Assembly (NCBI RefSeq): GCF_000025945.1
Contig: NC_006138.1
Coordinates: 3,360,001 to 3,392,000, forward strand
Reading direction: 5' to 3'
Length of the DNA stretch: 32,000 nucleotides
Source: Desulfotalea psychrophila LSv54
GTDB lineage: Bacteria > Desulfobacterota > Desulfobulbia > Desulfobulbales > Desulfocapsaceae
Part shown: piece after piece, positions 24,414 to 32,000 of the stretch
Layout of the letters: the number at the start of each line of letters is the position of its first letter
How positions within the stretch are numbered: position 1 is the stretch's first letter
Program-made: the position numbers and the translations under genes
Notes under the pieces: model-generated
What the model was told of the DNA's origin: nothing
The model's database searches: none
What the model saw: the letters and a program-made list of their open reading frames with translations, nothing else

Positions 24414-26417
24414 ATGAGCTTAGGCGACATGGCATTACGAACCAAACTTATAGCAGGTTTTACGACGATACTTGGATTGTTAGTGGTGGTTTCACTGGTA
24501 GGTTATATGGCACTAAATGGTGCCTCTAAAGGGTTTGGCGAATACCGAAAAATGGCTCGGGATGCTAATCTGGCCGGACGTCTCCAAGCCAACATGTTAA
24601 TGGTGCGAATGAACGTTAAAGACTTTATCATTAACGGTAGTGACAAGGACGTAAGGCAATTCGAAGAATATATTGAAAAGGCGGAAGGTTTTATCGAAGA
24701 GGCCCAGGTTGAGATCAATGAGACTAGCCGGGCAGCTAAAATCGATAAAGTTGACGAAAATCAAGGGCTTTACCAAAAATATTTTGTAAAAGTTATAGCA
24801 CTAAAGGCCAAACGCGATCAATTGGTAAACAATGTACTTAATGTCAATGGGCCGATTATGGAAAACTCGTTGACAGACATTATGGTGTCGGCAGAAGAAA
24901 ACGGGAATACGACCGCGGCATTCAACAGTGGCCTGGCTATGAAACATCTGCTTCTGGGCCGCGTCTATATGGCAAAGTTTCTCGATACAAATGAGCAAGG
25001 AACTGTTCATCGCGTTCATGAGGAATTTCAGAAAATGGAGAAATATCTGGATATTCTTTCTGCGGAATTAGAAAATCCCACCCGCCGGGAACTGCTGGCA
25101 AAGATCGTTAAATCAAAAAATATTTATACAAAATCATTCGATAGGATGGTTGCATTTATCTTTGCAAGAAACACAATAATCGCCGAACAGCTTGATGTAA
25201 TGGGCCCGGCTATTGCGAACAATCTTGAGGAGGTCAAGCTTTCCATAAAGGCTGTACAGGATGAGATTGGGCCACGCATGCAAGCCTCAAACCAACGGGC
25301 TGCAACCACTATTTTATTGTTCAGTGCTCTTGCCATAATTATTGGCATAATGCTGGTATTCTTCATTACCCGAAGTGTACTTGCCCAACTTGGTGGAGAT
25401 CCTTCTGAAATAGCCAGCGTTGCCCACAGCATCTCTGAAGGGAATCTTGTTATAGATTTTAAAGACTCAGGACCAGCTGGGGCCACGGGCGTTTACAATG
25501 ATATGGAACAGATGGCGGGTAATCTGAGAACGATGTTCAGTGGAATTGCTACTGGTGTTAACACCATGTCTTCATCCGCCACAGAACTTTCAGCCATATC
25601 AACTCAGATGAGTCAAAATGTCTCAAACATTACAGAAAGATCCAATGGTGTGGCAACGGCCTCGGAGGAGATGAGCACCAACATGAACTCAGTTGCTGCT
25701 GCAATGGAAGAATCCGCCACAAACATCAATATGATCGCCACTGCCTCCGAGGAGATGTCTTCCACCATAGGTGAAATTGCCGAGAATGCGGGTAAGGCAC
25801 GGACTATCTCTGATCAGGCATTAGACAAGTCTTCCAGTGCATCTGACAATATGGATCAATTGCGAATGGCCGTAAATTCAATCGGTAGGGTAGTTGAAAC
25901 TATCACTGACATTTCCGAGCAGGTCAATTTGCTGGCATTGAACGCTACTATTGAAGCCGCCCGGGCAGGTGAATCTGGGAAAGGTTTTGCTGTTGTCGCC
26001 AACGAAATCAAGGAACTGGCAAATCTCACCGCAAATGCCACCCAGGATATTAAGGTGGATATCGAAGGGATTCAGGGAACAACTTCAACAACAGTAACTC
26101 AGATTAATGAAATTTCCGATATCATAAAAGAGGTCAACAGTGTGATAAACGGTATCGCTACTGCTGTTGAGCAACAAGCTTCTGCAACCAATGAGATTGC
26201 TGGCAATGTGGCTCAGGCATCGGACGGGATTAGCGAGGTTAACGAAAACATCAACCAAAGTTCAGGCGTTACCGACGGAATTACTAGAGATATAAGAGAT
26301 ATTAGCGGAGCAATGAACGAAATGTCCACCGGCAGTGGCCAGGTAAATGAGAGCGCTCAAGAGCTCTCACGAATCTCAGAAAATCTGAAAGAGATGGTAG
26401 ACAAGTTTAAAATCTAA
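24414..26417 (+). CDS. Methyl-accepting chemotaxis protein with about 270-aa periplasmic helical sensor (HBM-like) and HAMP
   Basis: TM1 ([19 protein letters not shown]), long helical ectodomain, TM2 ([27 protein letters not shown]), and the MCP signalling tip [38 protein letters not shown]. Confidence 0.93.
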   Translation: MSLGDMALRTKLIAGFTTILGLLVVVSLVGYMALNGASKGFGEYRKMARDANLAGRLQANMLMVRMNVKDFIINGSDKDVRQFEEYIEKAEGFIEEAQVEINETSRAAKIDKVDENQGLYQKYFVKVIALKAKRDQLVNNVLNVNGPIMENSLTDIMVSAEENGNTTAAFNSGLAMKHLLLGRVYMAKFLDTNEQGTVHRVHEEFQKMEKYLDILSAELENPTRRELLAKIVKSKNIYTKSFDRMVAFIFARNTIIAEQLDVMGPAIANNLEEVKLSIKAVQDEIGPRMQASNQRAATTILLFSALAIIIGIMLVFFITRSVLAQLGGDPSEIASVAHSISEGNLVIDFKDSGPAGATGVYNDMEQMAGNLRTMFSGIATGVNTMSSSATELSAISTQMSQNVSNITERSNGVATASEEMSTNMNSVAAAMEESATNINMIATASEEMSSTIGEIAENAGKARTISDQALDKSSSASDNMDQLRMAVNSIGRVVETITDISEQVNLLALNATIEAARAGESGKGFAVVANEIKELANLTANATQDIKVDIEGIQGTTSTTVTQINEISDIIKEVNSVINGIATAVEQQASATNEIAGNVAQASDGISEVNENINQSSGVTDGITRDIRDISGAMNEMSTGSGQVNESAQELSRISENLKEMVDKFKI

Positions 26418-26429
26418 TGGCTCACCTTG

Positions 26430-26459
26430 CAGCGGGAGTTTCTGGTCTGACTCCCGCTG
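26430..26459 (+). terminator. Hairpin downstream of the MCP gene, possible terminator
   Basis: CAGCGGGAGT/ACTCCCGCTG perfect 10-bp stem with a 10-nt loop, 13 nt after the stop codon. The following tract is only weakly T-rich. Confidence 0.5.
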
Positions 26460-26505
26460 TTGCATTTCTCCTCCCCACGCTGGCCCTATAGTGTCCCAAT
26501 AAAAA

Positions 26506-26790
26506 ACGTTAACCACTGGAACCGAGAACACAGATACTAGAAAAAGCGAAAAAAAAAGTTAACCACTGCTTATGAGCACACAGAGGGAATTAATTTAAAA
26601 ACAACAGTAAAGCGGAGCAAGAAACAGGAAAAGCAGATACGAGATACTAGAAAAAGCGGAAAAAAAGTTAACCACTGCTTATGAGGACACAGAGGGAATT
26701 AATTTAAAAACAACAGTAAAGCGGAGCAAAAAACAGGAAAAGCAGATACGAGATGCTAGAAAAAGCGGAAAAGCGGAAAAACAACAGCGT
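26506..26790. repeat. Repeat family locus with two near-identical tandem 109-bp units (26556-26664 and 26665-26773) plus flanking partial copies
   Basis: Unit: AAGTTAACCACTGCTTATGAG..ACACAGAGGGAATTAATTTAAAAACAACAGTAAAGCGGAGCAAGAAACAGGAAAAGCAGATACGAGATACTAGAAAAAGCGGAAAA. Only a few mismatches between copies. Confidence 0.85.
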
Positions 26791-26991
26791 AGCTGGCTGA
26801 TGGTGGTGGGCAGGAGGCCAAGCATGAGAGAGGGATAGCACCGACAAAATGAGCATATTCATCTCTTTTACGCAAAAGAAAGGAGCCCCACGAGAGTTTA
26901 AGAGGGCTAGCTCAAACAGCTCAAACTCTATTTCCCTGGGATCTCTCTCCGCTGCTCAGCTCCTTGACAAGGGGGCATGATCACCTCTGCC

Positions 26992-28860
26992 CTAAAAGCT
27001 GATGCTCAAACCCAACTCGCCCCCATAACTTGTTACCTCGGAAGCAAAGGCCAAAACCGAAAACGAGCCTTGAAGCATTACCCGTGAATTGAGTTTATAG
27101 GAAGTGCCTACTGAGATGGTGGCCCAATCGCTGGCTGCGGGGACGGCGTCCATGGAGTAGGAAGGAGCGTCAGCCGTGGTGATTGAGGCTGTTACCGTAT
27201 CATCCCGTTCAGACCATTCGTGGTTCCATTTTGCTTCGGCAAAAGGTCGCCATGCATCCACATCCATCGACACGCTCCAACCAAGCTGACTGACCGCGGA
27301 ATAGCGCTTAATATCTGCAAAAGAGAGAGCCGTAAGACCGGTGGTACCGGTTTCAGTGAAACTGTTAAGTTTAACTCTTTGTAATACCAAGCCTATGACA
27401 GGGCCGGTGGTGACAGAGCCAAACTCAAAATCGTTGCCCATACTCAGAGCAAAGGCCAGAGACTGACCGTCGGGATCAGAACTGTTTACATCGGTAAAGA
27501 TACCTAATTGTACCGGGCGAGATATGTCGTTTTGAAACGCACCGTATGTTGCCACGGCATTAGCCCAAACCGAACCGGCCTTGAAAGCAGTATAGAGGCT
27601 TATTGCCTCGTCCGTTTGATCGTAATGGCCACCAGTAGAAAAATCTTGTTTCTGGTCACTGGCTGTAATCGCTGCACCCACGATGAGACCACTGGACGTT
27701 TGATAATCCACGCCTATCGAGCCATTAATAGGGGTACCGGAAGCTGTGGCAAAGCCCGCGTTATTATCAATTTCTCGATAGTTGGCGCCAGCACTGGTCC
27801 AGACATTGATACCGTTTGGGCCGCGATGTTGCTCCGAGAGGTCAATCTGACGTTGAATAGTGGCTGTGCGCGCTAACCCACCCTGCACCCCGCCTTCGGT
27901 GATCAGTGACATTTGACTAGGTGCAACGAGCAGACTGTACTCATAATCGGCCACGATGGTTTGCCCCGCTGTGGTTAAGTGCGCTTGATCGATGTACAGA
28001 TCGTCCTGCTGAGCAGCCGGGGTAAGAATGGCGATCAGGGCACTAGGGACAGTTGAGGCTTTAGGCACCACTGAAGCTTCGGTAAATCCAAAAAGGGTGG
28101 GATTTTTCACTACGTACTTTATGACACTGTTCATATCGGCGGGAATAAAGTTAACCCCCTTCGTCTCCAGCAAGGACCAGAGAGTTGTTTCATAATCGAG
28201 CGAACGTTGGTATCCAGCAATATTCTCAGGAGCCAGCTCTCCTCCCAAAACTGCAGACCAGGCATAATAGCTGGAATTCGGTACGATAATAGTGCGAGCA
28301 CCTGCTGATTGCAGAACTTTGATTTCCGATGCCAGAGCCACTGCCTGATCACTCAGATAAGTGGAGCGGGTGTCAAGCCATGTTGGGTCCTTATCCAACT
28401 CATCCTGAACCTTAATCAGATCGTTGTCGCCGGATTTGATAACATAGAGCGCGTTGGGGTTGGCCACACCATTAACCGAGTTGAGGTAGTTCTTCATCTG
28501 CTGAACAGCGGAGACGAGCACGCTCACCTCGATCGCCGCATAGGAGTGACCAATAGCATAGTTGGTTCCTCCGCCACCAATCGGTGCGGCGCTCAAGCCA
28601 AACTTTCCTGCCAGTATGGTGGTAGACATCAGCCCGTTTCCTGCAAAGCCACCTTTGGCTCCTTGAGCAACGGCGGCAACGATGGCAACATCATTATCAG
28701 GAATTCCCGTCGAATGATAACGAAAATAACCACTGTCCAGATTACTATCGCCAACTCCAACAAATTGATTGAACCCTTCAGCACAGGCTCCGTTGGCAAG
28801 GGTTAGAGTGGCGAAGGTTAGTAATCCGGTTGAGAGGGCAAGTTGCTTCAGTGTTAACAT
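26992..28860 (-). CDS. Autotransporter with N-terminal SGNH/GDSL esterase-like passenger and C-terminal beta-barrel
   Basis: Signal peptide (start 28860), block I-like FVGVGDSNLDSGYF, GDNDL, block V-like YIDQAHLTTAG, then a C-terminal autotransporter barrel ending in GGELGLSISF. Confidence 0.88.
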   Translation of the reverse strand: MLTLKQLALSTGLLTFATLTLANGACAEGFNQFVGVGDSNLDSGYFRYHSTGIPDNDVAIVAAVAQGAKGGFAGNGLMSTTILAGKFGLSAAPIGGGGTNYAIGHSYAAIEVSVLVSAVQQMKNYLNSVNGVANPNALYVIKSGDNDLIKVQDELDKDPTWLDTRSTYLSDQAVALASEIKVLQSAGARTIIVPNSSYYAWSAVLGGELAPENIAGYQRSLDYETTLWSLLETKGVNFIPADMNSVIKYVVKNPTLFGFTEASVVPKASTVPSALIAILTPAAQQDDLYIDQAHLTTAGQTIVADYEYSLLVAPSQMSLITEGGVQGGLARTATIQRQIDLSEQHRGPNGINVWTSAGANYREIDNNAGFATASGTPINGSIGVDYQTSSGLIVGAAITASDQKQDFSTGGHYDQTDEAISLYTAFKAGSVWANAVATYGAFQNDISRPVQLGIFTDVNSSDPDGQSLAFALSMGNDFEFGSVTTGPVIGLVLQRVKLNSFTETGTTGLTALSFADIKRYSAVSQLGWSVSMDVDAWRPFAEAKWNHEWSERDDTVTASITTADAPSYSMDAVPAASDWATISVGTSYKLNSRVMLQGSFSVLAFASEVTSYGGELGLSISF

Positions 28861-29204
28861 GAAAATCTCCCGTAATTGGTGTATTCGCACGACAAATCAT
28901 ACTGCACTTTTGGCAGAGAATTGCAGAGGTGTAAGAGAGCAACTGTCTCCACAATTTGGCCACCATGAAAGCTTTCTGGCAATCGTACTTTTCAGAGACA
29001 TCCCCTAATATTAAAAGACTACATCCATATTATGGCAATGTAGCCTATCTCTTTGTACTCGTTTATTTACTATACATTTTCCTATCATAGACCCCAAGGA
29101 GATATTAATCAATTTAATATCTCTGCCAAGCAGATTAGCTTCAGTGAATCATCTATTTCAACATGGCCCTGTTGGACACATAGAAGCGAACAAGAGATAC
29201 TAGA

Positions 29205-29455
29205 TACTAGAAAAAGCGAAAAAAAAAGTTAACCACTGCTTATGAGGACACAGAGGGAATTAATTAAAAAGCAGAGAAAACAGATCAAGAAACAGGAAAA
29301 GCAGATACGAGATGCTAGATACTAGATGCTAGAAAAAGCGGAAAAACAAGTTAACCACAGAGGACAATGAGGACACAGAGGGAATTAATTAAAAAGCAGA
29401 GAAAACAGATGCTAGATACTAGATACTAGATGCTAGAAAAAACGGAAAAACAAGC
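29205..29455. repeat. Third locus of the dispersed repeat, with internal (GAT)ACTAG/GCTAGAT micro-repeats
   Basis: AAAAAAGTTAACCACTGCTTATGAGGACACAGAGGGAATTAATTAAAAAGCAGAG..., a second partial unit at about 29349, and AGATGCTAGATACTAGATGCTAG runs. Confidence 0.8.
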
Positions 29456-29632
29456 TCAACCAATAACCTTCCCCTTGAATAAGCCATAGCCCTTTAGTAT
29501 TACAAACAAATGCAGTTAAAAGAGGCGTCAGGAAATTAGCATTTCCCTGTAAACCACAGAAGCTACGCGGCGCCTAAACCACAAAAACAACCTCGTGGCT
29601 CATTCGGAGTCGTTATTTTTCTGTTGTAGCAC

Positions 29633-30649
29633 TTGAATGTGGGAAGAGTTGATAGAAAGATTAAGATGAAAAGGATAAAAGTAGCTTTTCCAGATGTTAC
29701 TCGCAGTTCAGCGATTAAAGGGCTAAGAAGAATGGAAAAAATTTATAAGTATTTTAGGTACGATGTTCTTGATTTGGTTTTTCGCAAAAAAGGATATTGT
29801 GGTGTTAAATGTTCATTGCCACAAGACTACAATGACCCGTATGAACTTTTCTTAGGGATGGATTTGTCTATTCCACCAGAGCATCTCGCATTTTATTACG
29901 ACATAGTCAGTGGGATTCCTCAAAACCCAACGACATGCTTCTCTTATTCTCCTATCGTTTCACCAATGTGGGCTCACTACGCGAATAATCACTCTGGCTT
30001 TGTACTCGAATTTGACCTTGAGGGCTTACAAAAACACTTTGAAGGAAATCCGCTCTGGAACGTATCTTATCGTAAAGCTCCTCTTGAAAACTTAAAGGAA
30101 ATACTAGCTAGAGCTGCTGGTACACTGAAGCCTCGTCATTCATACGCACTACAGGAAGCTGTTTTCGTTGAATCATATTTCTCTAAATATGATCAATGGG
30201 CATACGAACAAGAATGTCGATTCGTTGATATGACCAAGATCACTGAAAATGTAGCTGGCGATGATATTTTATTTATACCATTGGAATTTGTTACCGCATT
30301 TATTGCAGGTCCTAAATATCCAACGGATAAGATTCAACACTCATGTGATATATCCTCAATAGCGGACATGAAATGGTATGAACTTGTTATTGGTAAAAGC
30401 CATCCAAAACCCTACATTAAAGCCCAGAATAACGAAATTTTTATTTTCGAAGACAAGCAATTAGTTTTATCAACTAACAATTGCAGTAGTTGTTCTGAAC
30501 CTCTAGTTAACGACAACAAGCTTTGTCCGTGGTGTGCGATCACTGAATCCCATAGAAAAGTTGCTGCTCAACACAATCCGTTCAGAATGATAAGTGCCAT
30601 GGGAGGCTTAGACGATTATATGGAGGCTATGAATAAAATCGGGCGGTAG
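29633..30649 (+). CDS. DUF2971-like protein with C-terminal zinc-ribbon-like CxxC pair (start uncertain, possibly MEKIYKYF...)
   Basis: IYKYFRYDVLDLVFRKKGYCGVKCSLPQDYNDPYELF, CFSYSPIVSPMWAHYANNHSGFVLEFDL and WAYEQECRFVD are DUF2971-type motifs. The C-terminus has CSSCSEPLVNDNKLCPWC. Confidence 0.75.
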   Translation: MNVGRVDRKIKMKRIKVAFPDVTRSSAIKGLRRMEKIYKYFRYDVLDLVFRKKGYCGVKCSLPQDYNDPYELFLGMDLSIPPEHLAFYYDIVSGIPQNPTTCFSYSPIVSPMWAHYANNHSGFVLEFDLEGLQKHFEGNPLWNVSYRKAPLENLKEILARAAGTLKPRHSYALQEAVFVESYFSKYDQWAYEQECRFVDMTKITENVAGDDILFIPLEFVTAFIAGPKYPTDKIQHSCDISSIADMKWYELVIGKSHPKPYIKAQNNEIFIFEDKQLVLSTNNCSSCSEPLVNDNKLCPWCAITESHRKVAAQHNPFRMISAMGGLDDYMEAMNKIGR

Positions 30650-30774
30650 GTGAAAAAACTAACGAACAAGGATAGATCGTAAAAGGATAGCGATCCACGA
30701 TCTTATCCTACTGTGTTGTGCCATGAGACGCGGAGGCGATATCACCTCCACGACTCAACCGTATCAGCGGTAAT

Positions 30775-31509
30775 CTACTCTGCCTCTGCCTTTTCCTCGT
30801 CTGGCTTCTTGCCGGTTCTGCGCTTGGCCAGCTCATTATTTTGTTTAACAAACTGAGCAATATCGGCGCTAATGCTGGCAAATGTTTCCGGCTTGACCTT
30901 GCTCATAACATTCATATACTCAATAAGGCTACCATTAGTAATCTGGATTACCTCAGCTTTTAATCTTGTGGCCGAGGCGAGACTCTCCTTGCCAGCAATC
31001 AGCTCTCCCTGGGACATGGCGATGTTTTCAAACTCCTCTTGGGCCGTGGCCAGGATGCTGATCGAATCGTCCATCCCTTTGAGATTGGCAATAGCCTTAA
31101 CAATATCCGGTTCTGCCAGATCAGTCAGCAGAGAGTTGATCCTGGCAGACTCGGCACTGTAATCCTCTCTCTGAATTCCCATACCATATTGACTGAGCAC
31201 CGCATCTATCACCGCTGCAGCCTCCTTCATTTTGGGGAGAGGGATGTAGGTGTAGCCATCCACCAGGTAAAACAGTGCGCGTATTGCCTCGTCCCGCACC
31301 TCATCTTTTTCTGCTAGTTGCGAATAGGCCTCCAGGCGATTAAGGGCCAGGGTGAAATCATCATCGAGGGTGGTGAGTTCTGTTAAAATAGGGCTGAGGT
31401 AGGTATCACTGCTCCAGTCATTTTTGCTAAACTCTTTGAGGATACGTGTTGCCAGGTTGTTAATATCTGCGTTTCTACTGGATTCTCTAACTTTGCTAAT
31501 TGTTGCCAT
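30775..31509 (-). CDS. Conserved-looking helical protein of unknown function
   Basis: ORF of about 244 aa from the ATG at 31509, preceded by a GGAGG RBS (the ORF track starts at a TTG at 31524). Acidic/basic mixed helical composition and a charged C-terminal tail (KRRTGKKPDEEKAEAE). Confidence 0.65.
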   Translation of the reverse strand: MATISKVRESSRNADINNLATRILKEFSKNDWSSDTYLSPILTELTTLDDDFTLALNRLEAYSQLAEKDEVRDEAIRALFYLVDGYTYIPLPKMKEAAAVIDAVLSQYGMGIQREDYSAESARINSLLTDLAEPDIVKAIANLKGMDDSISILATAQEEFENIAMSQGELIAGKESLASATRLKAEVIQITNGSLIEYMNVMSKVKPETFASISADIAQFVKQNNELAKRRTGKKPDEEKAEAE

Positions 31510-31751
31510 CACTACAGCCTCCAATTTGAATTAAAAGACAAAAAAACTCTGAAAACATATGTGCTACCAAAGCACATCAGCTACATCTCTTCTTGAGTTA
31601 AGGGGCAAAGAGTAACTTTGTCAAGCACCCCAGCCCATGCCACCAAAGATTCTCACCAAGATGCATGGCCTTACCTAAGTATCTGCCAAGCCATAAGCTT
31701 CAGCGAGGCAATAAAGGGATGGGCAAGGGGCAAAGGGGAAAGGAGGTCGTC

Positions 31752-32000
31752 TACAGATGGAGAAAGCCTGAAACACCGAGGAGACGAGCAATATACAGAT
31801 GTATAAAGCCTCAAACACCGAAGAAACAGACAATATACAAATGTATAAAGCCCCAAACACCGAAGAAACGGACAATATACAAATGTATAAAGCCCCAAAC
31901 ACCGAGGAGACGAGCAATATACAGATGTATAAAGCCTCAAACACCGATGAAAGAGACAATATGCAAATGTATAAAGGCTCAAACACCGAGGAAACACAAT
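31752..32000. repeat. 42-bp tandem repeat array, nearly 6 copies, continuing past the window end
   Basis: AAACACCG starts at 31771, 31813, 31855, 31897, 31939 and 31981, a constant 42-nt period. Consensus AAACACCGARGARACGRRCAATATACARATGTATAAAGCCYC. Confidence 0.95.

Noticed and set aside
26556-26773. 109-bp direct repeats as CRISPR or an rRNA/tRNA-associated element
   Set aside because: There are only two long contiguous units without spacers, and no tRNA-like or rRNA-like sequence.
31752-32000. Possible CRISPR array
   Set aside because: The whole 42-nt unit is conserved with no unique spacers, and no cas genes are visible. It is a simple tandem repeat.

Overview
This is a densely coded bacterial window. 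The selenocysteine formate dehydrogenase and the Deltaproteobacteria-like gene content suggest an anaerobe; the species was not determined. It has three parts. (1) Nt 61-12159, minus strand: twelve tightly packed or overlapping genes that form a self-contained TonB-dependent uptake operon. It encodes an outer-membrane receptor, a periplasmic binding protein, a FecCD-like permease, an ABC ATPase fused to a THEP1-like NTPase, CcsA-like and ResB-like membrane proteins, and a complete second-type TonB energizer (DUF3450 / long ExbB (TtpC-like) / ExbB / ExbD / TonB / TPR). (2) Nt 12715-22846: a respiratory formate dehydrogenase operon on the plus strand, with an Fe-S accessory protein split by a 1-nt frameshift, a TorD-like chaperone, a short Tat-signal peptide, a catalytic subunit with an in-frame UGA (Sec) plus SECIS-like hairpin, an Fe-S subunit and a cytochrome b. 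It is followed on the minus strand by a ModE-type HTH protein and moeA/moaA, with a structured leader resembling a Moco riboswitch upstream of moaA. The same operator-like palindrome (AATATGCA-N5-TGCATATT) occurs twice in the FDH locus. (3) Nt 23100-32000: a more accessory region with a small secreted Cys-rich peptide (CX3CX3C-X9-CX3CX3C), an IS5-like transposase remnant, an MCP, a GDSL-type autotransporter, a DUF2971-like protein, an uncharacterised ORF, a dispersed A-rich repeat family with a 109-bp tandem unit, and a strict 42-bp tandem repeat that runs off the window edge. The best candidates for something undescribed are the 12-gene uptake operon (possibly Mo/W-related, since it is divergent from the FDH genes), the shared palindromic operator, the Cys-rich peptide and the 42-bp repeat ORF.
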